Origin: Magnetovibrionaceae bacterium
Lineage (GTDB): Bacteria > Pseudomonadota > Alphaproteobacteria > Rhodospirillales > JBMYSY01
Direction of reading: 5' to 3'
Assembly (NCBI GenBank): GCA_049603795.1
Contig: JBMYSY010000010.1
Span: 25,851 to 89,850, forward strand
Length of the DNA: 64,000 nt
Shown here: positions 35,497 through 43,487 of the stretch, one piece after another
Numbering within the stretch: the first letter of the stretch is position 1
Layout: every line of letters starts with the position of its first letter
Made by a program: the position numbers and the translations under genes
The notes under the pieces: generated by a model
Database searches by the model: none
Told to the model about the DNA's origin: nothing
The model's input: only the letters and a program-made list of their open reading frames with translations

Positions 35497-36167
35497 TCCG
35501 CCCCCTCCGCCGCACCCAAGGGGCCGATGCCCACGTCCCAAGGTTCATTCCGGACGGCAACGGCGACCGAGAGTGCCTTCGTGCCGTCCCCGCCGATGAG
35601 ATACTGCCCGACCGGGGTCAGCAGCTTCCAATCGTAAGACAGGCGGTAAAGCACGACGTCACCGGACCCACCGGCCCCGGCGACACCCAGATCGGCATCC
35701 CAAATCCCGTTGTCGTTCTCGTCCATAAACGTTTCGCCGGAATCGAAAGCCCCGTTGCCGTTGCCATCGATGTAGTCTTCGCCCTGCCCGACCTTGCCGA
35801 AGCTGGGATAGACCTTCACGTCAACCTGGGCCAGGTTCATGTCGATAAGGCCTATCGTCGTCTGGCCCACGATGGCCCGGATGGAATCGATGCGCGTCTC
35901 ACCCTGGATTTCCCTTCCGGTGATACCGAAGCGCGAGGCGTCTCGCAGCCCTGTTTCCATCAGGATTGCCGCCAACATGATCAAGCCGAACTCGATGATC
36001 GAGACCGTGACGGTAATCAGCGCCGACGACAAAAAGGCAAATTCAATGGCGAGCGAACCCCGGTCGCAGCCGAGAGCCGCGCCGCCTTGCAAGGAGGCAG
36101 GCTTCACAAACCGCAATCTGATACCGGAGAGAATTCTGGCAAACACTGCAATCACCCTTGGACACAT
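35493..36167 (-). CDS. TadE-like pseudopilin with Asp/Asn/Gly-rich Ca-binding-like insert
   Basis: TadE-like N-terminus GSLAIEFAFLSSALITVTVSIIEFG. Insert GEDYIDGNGNGAFDSGETFMDENDNGIWDADLG (nt 35685-35783). Confidence 0.75.
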   Translation of the reverse strand: MCPRVIAVFARILSGIRLRFVKPASLQGGAALGCDRGSLAIEFAFLSSALITVTVSIIEFGLIMLAAILMETGLRDASRFGITGREIQGETRIDSIRAIVGQTTIGLIDMNLAQVDVKVYPSFGKVGQGEDYIDGNGNGAFDSGETFMDENDNGIWDADLGVAGAGGSGDVVLYRLSYDWKLLTPVGQYLIGGDGTKALSVAVAVRNEPWDVGIGPLGAAEGAE

Positions 36168-36183
36168 TAAGCCGGGCTTGGCC

Positions 36184-36297
36184 AGCCGGACTGATCTAGG
36201 ATTAGTCTACGCCCTATAATTTCAATTATACCAATGTTTTAGTTCTCATTATTTTCCATGAAAAATTAAGTAAAAAGTCTGTAAAATTTGAATCAAT
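36184..36297. promoter_or_regulatory. AT-rich promoter island upstream of the tadE-like operon
   Basis: AT-rich block flanked by CCGGGCTTGGCC (36172-36183) and CCGGCTTGGCC (36298-36308). Contains a TATAAT hexamer and motif copy TAAAATTTGAA (36282-36292) 115 nt from ATG 36167. Confidence 0.45.
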
Positions 36298-36384
36298 CCG
36301 GCTTGGCCCGCCCCTCTACGACCGATAGACTGAGCCTCCCGCGGGTCTCGCGGTCAAAGCAGCTCTTGATCAAGGAAAACGCCC

Positions 36385-37233
36385 ATGAAACTCCTGCGGT
36401 TCGGTGCCCAAGGGGAGGAACGCCCTGGCCTTCTGGATGAAGCCGGGGTGATTCGCGATCTATCCGGTCATCTGGCCGACCTTTCCGGAGATGCGCTCAA
36501 CCCGGACTCCCTTGCGGAATTGGCGCAGTTGGATACCTCCAGCCTGCCTTCTGTCGGTGACGATGTGCGGATCGGTGCACCGGTGGGTGGTGTCGGCAAG
36601 GTTCTGGCCATCGGGCTGAACTATGCGGACCACGCGGCCGAGACCAAATCGGAATTGCCAAAGGAACCGCTCTTGTTTTCCAAGGCGGTGACCTCGATCT
36701 GCGGGCCGAATGATCCGCTGATCATCCCCCGCGGTTCTGTAAAGACCGATTGGGAGGTTGAACTGGCGGTCGTGATCGGCCGACGCATCACCTACATCCC
36801 GGAAGCAGAAGCCCTGCACTGCATCGCAGGCTACGTGGTCATGAACGACGTCTCGGAGCGGGACTACCAGAAAAACCGCGGCGGTCAGTTCATCAAGGGT
36901 AAGAGTTTCGACAGCTTCGGCCCCATCGGCCCCTGGCTGGTCACGCCGGACGAAGTACCCGATTGTCAGGCACTCAACCTCTGGACAGAGGTAAACGGCA
37001 AGCGCCATCAGGACGGCACCTCGGCCGACATGGTCTTTTCCGTCGCCCACCTGATCAGCTACATCAGCCGGTTTATGACCCTGGTACCGGGCGACATCAT
37101 CACCACGGGGACACCGCCGGGCGTCGGGGCTGGCATGAACCCGCCCCAATTCCTGAAATCAGGTGATCGCATTCGCCTCGGGATCGAGGGGCTGGGTGAA
37201 CAGGACCACCCGGTTGTGGGCTTCGACGACTGA
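36385..37233 (+). CDS. Fumarylacetoacetate hydrolase (FAH) family protein
   Basis: 282 aa. LAIGLNYADHAAE, WEVELAVVIGR, VMNDVSERD and PGDIITTGTPPGVG motifs of the FAH fold. Confidence 0.9.
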   Translation: MKLLRFGAQGEERPGLLDEAGVIRDLSGHLADLSGDALNPDSLAELAQLDTSSLPSVGDDVRIGAPVGGVGKVLAIGLNYADHAAETKSELPKEPLLFSKAVTSICGPNDPLIIPRGSVKTDWEVELAVVIGRRITYIPEAEALHCIAGYVVMNDVSERDYQKNRGGQFIKGKSFDSFGPIGPWLVTPDEVPDCQALNLWTEVNGKRHQDGTSADMVFSVAHLISYISRFMTLVPGDIITTGTPPGVGAGMNPPQFLKSGDRIRLGIEGLGEQDHPVVGFDD

Positions 37234-37295
37234 CCCCGCCAACTCCCTTCGTCCGCAATTCCCCTTGTCGGCCAAATGGAGGCGGCCAAACGGAG

Positions 37296-37844
37296 TCAGC
37301 CAAACGGATCAAAGACCCTGATTCCAATTGGAAAGACCGTGTTGACGTCAGTCCGCGCCCCGATAACGGCACTATTGGACAGACCGACCGCACCCGCCAG
37401 ATTGGCCCCGCGCAGATCGGCCCCGATCAGGCTGGCATCGGTCAGATTGGCTCCGATCAGGCGGGCCTTTGTCAAGGTCGCGCCAACGAGGTTGGAGCCC
37501 GAGAGATCGGCATACGAAAAATCGATACCGGCGAAATTTCCGCCCTGCAGATCGCGGTTGCTCAATCGGGCCTCCAGGGCGGTCTGGCCCGTCGTCACGC
37601 TCTCGAAAAAGCCCGTCTGGGTCACGCTGGAGACCTGACCCGGGCGATCCGTCGAGGCGGTAGATGCGTCACTTTGGGAGGCCAGGAAAGCCTGGGCGTC
37701 GGTACTGAGTGACACGCTGTCAGTGACCGTCCGCTGACCGCTGACGATTTGGGCCGTTGACAGACCGGTCCCCTGATTGGCCGAGACCTGCAAGTAAAAG
37801 GCCGCATCGGAATTCAGGACGGCAGCAACACCGGGGATGGCCAT
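37296..37844 (-). CDS. Pentapeptide-repeat protein with Ser/Thr/Gln-rich N-terminal region
   Basis: The C-terminal half is a run of A(D/N)LxG-type pentapeptide repeats (ADLSGSNLVGATLTKARLIGANLTDASLIGADLRGANLAGA). The N-terminal 100 aa or so are low-complexity S/T/Q-rich with no signal peptide. Confidence 0.8.
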   Translation of the reverse strand: MAIPGVAAVLNSDAAFYLQVSANQGTGLSTAQIVSGQRTVTDSVSLSTDAQAFLASQSDASTASTDRPGQVSSVTQTGFFESVTTGQTALEARLSNRDLQGGNFAGIDFSYADLSGSNLVGATLTKARLIGANLTDASLIGADLRGANLAGAVGLSNSAVIGARTDVNTVFPIGIRVFDPFG

Positions 37845-37864
37845 GCTCGGCCCTTTCGGAAGAT

Positions 37865-37907
37865 GAAACGCAGGCAGACGAACGCAGGCGGGCGAACGCA
37901 GGCGGAA
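37865..37907. repeat. Tandem direct repeat, 3 copies of about 14 nt (GAACGCAGGCGG core)
   Basis: GAAACGCAGGCAGAC / GAACGCAGGCGGGC / GAACGCAGGCGGAA, read directly. Lies 21-63 nt upstream of the pentapeptide gene start. Confidence 0.85.
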
Positions 37908-38058
37908 GGGAGCTGCGCGTTAACGTTTTGTTTTCCATAATCTAGCATGTGCTTGAAAAAAACGGTAGACTGGTCGCCTTGCTGGCCAGAAGAGCCGGAT
38001 AAACTGACGCAGAGCCGAGGCTGCGGCCCCTTCGCTCCGACCGGAAGAAAGCCTGGTC

Positions 38059-39126
38059 ATGACCATCCTGAGTTCCATCACGGCGCAGGACTATTCTACC
38101 AACCTGCTTCTGCAGCAGGTGCGCCGATACAACGAACAGCAACGTGAACTCAGCCAAAATCGGGCCTTTGCCGAAGGGCAATCCCGGATCAATTCGCTCA
38201 ACATTGACGCGCGGCGTCTTTCGAGCCTGCAGAGCGACCTGGACAGTACCGTCGATCAGATCAACGGCAACGTCACCCGCGCCGCCACCATCCGCACCCG
38301 GACGGAAGACCTCGTCTCGCAGGTGGTCACCGCTGGGTCCTACGGCGACGGCTCCACCTATGACCTCTATCGGTCGACGTTCAACTCCCTGCTCCGTTCG
38401 ATCAACAGCACGGCAGAAAGCGGGTCCCTTCGCGGCGATAACCTGCTCGGCGAGCAGCCCACCAGCGGGCTGTCCTATACCGCCAATATTCGTGGCCTGA
38501 CCAATACGGTCAGCGATACATATCTCGGTTCGGACTATTACCTGGAGGAAGCCGGCGGCAACATCTGGGTGCCTGATCGATCCGTCCAGATCTTGCGCCA
38601 AAGATCCGCGACCGGTGCCGAGACCGGCGTCTACGCCTCGATCACCGAGGGGCTGCGGGTCGATAGTGTGACGGGTACGTCGGTCACCTTCACGATCAAC
38701 TACAATACCGCGGACTCACAGCAGTTCACGGCCACGCTGAACACCTCCGGTCTGGGGATCGTCGATGCCTGGTACTACGCGGATCTATCGACAGCAGATG
38801 GCCGTACCCGGGCCCTGACCGACCTGAACTCCGCCAAGGCCACAATCGACGTTCAACTGGCCCGCCTCCGCGCCGCCCTGGCAGAAGCCGAATTCTATCA
38901 GAACGAAAACAGCGTCGCCCGGACGGCTGCTGCGGGACTGATCGACAATGCAACAGCGGCCCAGCTGGTTGCCCTCCAGGACGTGGATAGCGATTTTGCG
39001 CGGCGGAACGACATTACAACCAATGCCATTCGGGCCAGCCAGTTGATCCGAAACGAGTACCGAGGCTTTTTCAACGGCGGGAGCAATGCCGGGATCACGG
39101 GTGCTTTGATCGATGTTATCGGGTGA
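38059..39126 (+). CDS. Hypothetical protein, distantly flagellin/FlgL-like (helical N- and C-terminal regions)
   Basis: 355 aa. N-terminus (LSSITAQDYSTNLLLQQV ... LRGDNLLG) and C-terminus (IDVQLARLRAALAEAEFYQNE ... LIDNATAAQLVALQ) loosely follow flagellin N/C heptad patterns but lack canonical motifs. Assignment is tentative. Confidence 0.35.
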   Translation: MTILSSITAQDYSTNLLLQQVRRYNEQQRELSQNRAFAEGQSRINSLNIDARRLSSLQSDLDSTVDQINGNVTRAATIRTRTEDLVSQVVTAGSYGDGSTYDLYRSTFNSLLRSINSTAESGSLRGDNLLGEQPTSGLSYTANIRGLTNTVSDTYLGSDYYLEEAGGNIWVPDRSVQILRQRSATGAETGVYASITEGLRVDSVTGTSVTFTINYNTADSQQFTATLNTSGLGIVDAWYYADLSTADGRTRALTDLNSAKATIDVQLARLRAALAEAEFYQNENSVARTAAAGLIDNATAAQLVALQDVDSDFARRNDITTNAIRASQLIRNEYRGFFNGGSNAGITGALIDVIG

Positions 39127-39269
39127 TAGGATCGGCAGAAGGTTATCGGCCGACTTGCAGGGATATTTTAACGGCCTAGGCAGTTGACGGATGGCCAAGC
39201 CAGCGAAGGTGTTGCACAATTGTATGGATTCCGGAAGCGAGGCCCATAAAAACTAAACCGTAAGGCCCT

Positions 39270-41063
39270 ATGCGTCTTTCACAACGCCGATCAATCGTCT
39301 TAATCGTCATCACAATTGGCGCCTGCTCGATAGTGGCCCTGATCGCCTTCGGGCTCGGCCTGTCGCAGACATTTTCCCAAATAAATGATGGATGGAGCCG
39401 ATATAGCGCCCAGGCTGCCTCAATCAATCAGGCGCTCGCCCGCGTTGGCTCGGAACTCGGCTATGGCGGGTTCATTCATAATTTCAAAAACTTTGTCCTT
39501 CGGGGCGATCCGATCTACAGGGCGGAACTGCACGACGATCTTGCCCGATTGGAGACCAGCCTCGGACAGCTGGAGGTGCACCTGGAATCAGAGACCGATC
39601 AGCGCGATCTCGAAATCATCAGGAAAACCGTCGAGATTTACGGTGCCCAGGTCTCCCGGATCTCGCAAATGCTGAACAATGGCACCTCCATTCAGGCCAT
39701 CGATCAGGCGGTTCGGGTTGACGATACGGAAGCCTTTGCCGCCCTTTCACGTCTTCGGGAAGCCCAGTTCAAACGCAGTCAGGAAATCCGTAGGCGGACC
39801 GAGGCGGAACTTCTGGAAGCCAAGCAATTTCTTTCCATTGGCATCCTGGTCGTCCTTGGGGCCGCCATTGCCATTTTGGCAATCATCACGCTTCTCCGAT
39901 CGACGACGCGGCTCGTCACTGAGTTGGACATCATGTTCTTAGAGGCACCCGATGCCATGCTGCGGGTCCGCTCCAGCGGCGAAATCGAGAAGGTCAACAA
40001 ACAGGCCGAGCGCCTGTTTGGCTATTCGGCGGACGAACTCGTCGGCATGCACCTTGAAAACCTGGTCCCGGAACGTGCCCGAATCCAGCATGCGGCCTAC
40101 CGCCAAGAGTACATCAAAGCCCCGACGTTCCGGCCCATGGCCAGCCGGCAGATGGTTAAGGGCCTGACAAAAACCGGCGAAGAGCCGTCGTTGAGCATCA
40201 GTCTCAGCCATACAGGTCAGGGGGAAGACATACGGGCAATCGCGGCCATTCGCGACATATCCAACCAATTGAAGATGCAGCAGGCCGTTGAGGCCGCCAA
40301 TGCCTCCGCACACTCCGCCGTGGAATCAAAAGCCCGCCTGCTCTCGAATATCGGTCATGAACTCAGAACGCCGTTGAACCAGATCATCGGATTTGCCGAA
40401 TTTCTGCTTCACCACCCCCAGGAAAAGCCCACCGAGGCGCAAGAAGAAAGCCTGAACCACATCGCCGATGCAGGACGCCACCAATTGAGCCTGGTGGATC
40501 GGATCCTGGCCATCGTTGACGGCCATGGGCAGGGTCCGGGTTGTGGCCCGGAGGCTGACCAGGACACCGGCTCGGATTTCGATCCTGTGGTCCTGGTCCA
40601 ACAGGTCATGGACGATCACGCGGCAAAAGCAGCCGATAAGGGCATAGAGTTGTCCCTGGTTCTGGGCAAGGAACCGCCTGGGCAAAGGGCGGGGGATCGA
40701 TCAATGGTCAAGGAGTCTCTTTCTGAGGTTCTGTCCAACGCCATTGCCTATATGGACCATTCTGATGGCAAGGTGCAGGTCATCCTGGACCAAAACGGAA
40801 GTGATCTGCGCATTGTTATCGAAGACAACGGCCCCGGCATTCCTGCACCCGACCGAGAGCGGGTCTTCGAGCCCTTTGAAAGGCTCGATGCGGAACGCCG
40901 GGCGATCGGGGGCATCGGCCTTGGCCTCACGATCGCGAAATATACGGTCGATAGCATGGGCGGCGAGATACGCATTGAACCGGCGCAAAAGGGTACCCGC
41001 GTCGTCATCAACCTTCCTGGCACAGAAGGCCCGGCCGAAACCGCCTCACCTTCGGACGGTTAA
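39270..41063 (+). CDS. Membrane sensor histidine kinase (periplasmic sensor, PAS, HisKA, HATPase)
   Basis: 597 aa. Two TM helices flank a sensor domain of about 170 aa. PAS region. H-box SNIGHELRTPLNQIIGF. N/G boxes LSNAIAY, IEDNGPGIP, GGIGLGLTIAK. Confidence 0.9.
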   Translation: MRLSQRRSIVLIVITIGACSIVALIAFGLGLSQTFSQINDGWSRYSAQAASINQALARVGSELGYGGFIHNFKNFVLRGDPIYRAELHDDLARLETSLGQLEVHLESETDQRDLEIIRKTVEIYGAQVSRISQMLNNGTSIQAIDQAVRVDDTEAFAALSRLREAQFKRSQEIRRRTEAELLEAKQFLSIGILVVLGAAIAILAIITLLRSTTRLVTELDIMFLEAPDAMLRVRSSGEIEKVNKQAERLFGYSADELVGMHLENLVPERARIQHAAYRQEYIKAPTFRPMASRQMVKGLTKTGEEPSLSISLSHTGQGEDIRAIAAIRDISNQLKMQQAVEAANASAHSAVESKARLLSNIGHELRTPLNQIIGFAEFLLHHPQEKPTEAQEESLNHIADAGRHQLSLVDRILAIVDGHGQGPGCGPEADQDTGSDFDPVVLVQQVMDDHAAKAADKGIELSLVLGKEPPGQRAGDRSMVKESLSEVLSNAIAYMDHSDGKVQVILDQNGSDLRIVIEDNGPGIPAPDRERVFEPFERLDAERRAIGGIGLGLTIAKYTVDSMGGEIRIEPAQKGTRVVINLPGTEGPAETASPSDG

Positions 41064-41179
41064 TCTTCCTGACCGGAACCCGGAAACAGGCCTGGGGAAC
41101 GACACTCGCCAAGTTGTTCCTGATCCGTTAGTATCCGGCCCGCATATCAGGGGATCGGCGTTCATCCGGGGGGTCTACC

Positions 41180-42508
41180 ATGAGCCAAGCCTTAAGCCAG
41201 AAGTACGATCTGCGGGTGCCTCGCTACACCAGCTATCCGACCTCGCCCCATTTCTCTGAAGCCGTGGGCCACGAAACCTACAGGGGCTGGCTGGAAAACC
41301 TCGATCCCAAAACCCCGCTTTCGCTCTACACCCACATCCCGTTCTGCGACGAAATGTGCTGGTTCTGCGGCTGCTTCACCAAGATCGTGAAGAAGTACGA
41401 GCCGGTTTCCGACTACCTTGATGTGGTCCTTGCCGAAATCGACCTGCTGGCGGACACCCTGCCCGGTCGGTTCAGCGCGCGACACCTCCACTGGGGCGGC
41501 GGCAGCCCGACCATGCTGACGGGCGCGGACTGGATGCGCACGCTGGACAAACTGCGGTCGCGCTTCGACATCGATGAACATTCCGAAATCGCCGTCGAGA
41601 TGGACCCGCGCACGGCGACCGAGGGCTACGTCAAGGCCGTGACGGATGCCGGGGTCAATCGGGCTTCCATCGGCGTTCAGGACTTTGATGCCAAGGTGCA
41701 GGAAGCCATTCATCGCATACAACCCTATGACGTGACGGCCCGTGTGGTCGGCTGGCTGCGCGATCACGGGGTGAAGTCCATCAACATGGACCTGATGTAC
41801 GGCCTGCCCCATCAGACAACCGAACTTGTCCTGAAACAGATTGATCTGGCACATGGATTGGCTCCGGCCCGCGTGGCCTTGTTCGGCTATGCCCATGTAC
41901 CCTGGATGAAGACCCACCAGAAGATGATCGACGAGGCCGTTCTGCCCGGAGCCGATGATCGCTGGGAACAACTGACGATGGCGACCGAAAAGCTGAAAGA
42001 TCTGGGCTATGTCCAGATTGGCTTCGACCACTTCGCCCGACCGGACGACGAAATGGCCGTCGCCCTGGCCGAGGGCCGCCTGCGTCGGAATTTCCAGGGT
42101 TATACAGTCGATGACGGCCAGACCCTGGTGGGATTGGGGGCTTCCTCCATCGGCAACCTGCCCCAGGGCTATGCCCAGAACACACAGCGGCTGCGCCAGT
42201 ACGCCGATGAGGTAAAAGCCGGTCGCTTCCCCGTGGTCAAGGGCTTTGAACTCACAGCCGAAGACGAGACCCGGCGCGGCATCATCGAGAAAATCATGTG
42301 TGAACTGACGGTCGATCTCGGTGCCTTCGAGGAGCGTTTCGAGGCGGAAATCGATGCCCTCTCGCCGCTTGCCGATGACGGCATTGTCGCTCTTGACGGC
42401 GACAGGATCACGGTGACCGAAGAAGGCCGCCCCTTCGTCCGCCTCGTCGCCGCCACTTTCGACACCTACCTCGCCAGCGGCAAGGCGCGCCACAGCCGGG
42501 CGGTTTAA
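41180..42508 (+). CDS. hemN: Oxygen-independent coproporphyrinogen III oxidase (radical SAM)
   Basis: 442 aa. PRYTSYPT N-terminal motif, radical-SAM cluster site HIPFCDEMCWFCGC, HWGGGSPT. Confidence 0.92.
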   Translation: MSQALSQKYDLRVPRYTSYPTSPHFSEAVGHETYRGWLENLDPKTPLSLYTHIPFCDEMCWFCGCFTKIVKKYEPVSDYLDVVLAEIDLLADTLPGRFSARHLHWGGGSPTMLTGADWMRTLDKLRSRFDIDEHSEIAVEMDPRTATEGYVKAVTDAGVNRASIGVQDFDAKVQEAIHRIQPYDVTARVVGWLRDHGVKSINMDLMYGLPHQTTELVLKQIDLAHGLAPARVALFGYAHVPWMKTHQKMIDEAVLPGADDRWEQLTMATEKLKDLGYVQIGFDHFARPDDEMAVALAEGRLRRNFQGYTVDDGQTLVGLGASSIGNLPQGYAQNTQRLRQYADEVKAGRFPVVKGFELTAEDETRRGIIEKIMCELTVDLGAFEERFEAEIDALSPLADDGIVALDGDRITVTEEGRPFVRLVAATFDTYLASGKARHSRAV

Positions 42509-43485
42509 AGCCTGAGCCGATCTTTGATGGCCTGGGCAACTTCGGCGGCCGCATTCAACGGCTCGTGGGTCCAATCCTCCAGGCTGCTCTCGAGCGGACG
42601 GGCATAGCCGCCATCGTAGAGACTCTGGTGCAACCGCGCGTGTTTCGCGGAAGTCAGGTCCTTCGGCGCGAAAATGTAGACCGGCTTCGGCGTCGCGCAG
42701 CATTCGGAGACCATGGAAACCGAATCTCCGGTCACCATCACCGCGTCAGCCAAGGCCAAATACCCATAATACGGGTTAGGGCCGTCCGATCCCCAAAGAT
42801 AAGCATGGTGTGGCACCGTGACTTCCGTCATCAGGGCGCTGGTCTGCTTGGCACCGGAACGGCGGCTGGTGGTGATCATCAACGACCCACCAGCCTTGCG
42901 GGCCAGGATACTCGCCTGCCTGCCAAGGTCGCGGGCCATGGCAGGGGTGAAATCACGGCGCTTTGTGGAACCACCGACAATCACCGCGATCCAGGGCTTC
43001 GGCAGATCCTTGAAGGCCTCCATCCATTCGGCCCCCGCAGCGCTCAGGAACGAACCGGTCACCCTGTTGGGCGCGCCGGTGATCACCATCTCGTTGGCTT
43101 GCGGCATCCGACCGTCGTGGGCCGGATAGGCGATCAGGTCGAACTCGCCCCGCCCGGCGGAGCCCGGGTGCATGATCTGGCAGAGAAAAGCAGCGCCCTT
43201 GGACTGGCGCTTGATCCAGCGGGAGACCGGTGCCGTCCTCCTGCCCGCCCCGATCACAAGGTCGGGCCAGTTGCCGTCGTTCAGGTTGGCCTTGGAGGCA
43301 GAGGCCAGCCCCAAAAGCCCGGCCCCACGCAAGCCGTTCGGAAGACCGGCCAAAGCCGAATAGCGGATTTCCTTCTCGACCCAGGGCAGGCCCAGAGCCT
43401 CGGACACACCTCGCGCCTGGGCCACATTGCCAGCCCGGTCGTCCGCCAGAGTCCAGATTAACGGGGTACGCGGGCGGGCAGCCAA
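42505..43485 (-). CDS. ELM1/DUF1022 family protein (putative glycosyltransferase-like)
   Basis: IWTLADDRAGNVAQARGVSEALGLPW N-terminal signature. TTG at 43485 directly follows the upstream stop. The ORF-track ATG at 43551 would overlap the upstream gene by 64 nt. Confidence 0.72.
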   Translation of the reverse strand: MAARPRTPLIWTLADDRAGNVAQARGVSEALGLPWVEKEIRYSALAGLPNGLRGAGLLGLASASKANLNDGNWPDLVIGAGRRTAPVSRWIKRQSKGAAFLCQIMHPGSAGRGEFDLIAYPAHDGRMPQANEMVITGAPNRVTGSFLSAAGAEWMEAFKDLPKPWIAVIVGGSTKRRDFTPAMARDLGRQASILARKAGGSLMITTSRRSGAKQTSALMTEVTVPHHAYLWGSDGPNPYYGYLALADAVMVTGDSVSMVSECCATPKPVYIFAPKDLTSAKHARLHQSLYDGGYARPLESSLEDWTHEPLNAAAEVAQAIKDRLRL

Positions 43486-43487
43486 GA

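Noticed and set aside
37942-38601. 219-aa minus-strand ORF overlapping the flagellin-like gene
   Set aside because: It has no motifs and a biased composition. The plus-strand ORF is longer and has heptad-like structure. Neither has strong support, so the plus-strand call itself is given low functional confidence.
41192-42703. 503-aa ORF on the minus strand
   Set aside because: It is antisense to hemN, whose radical-SAM motifs are unambiguous. The translation is compositionally biased with no family signature.
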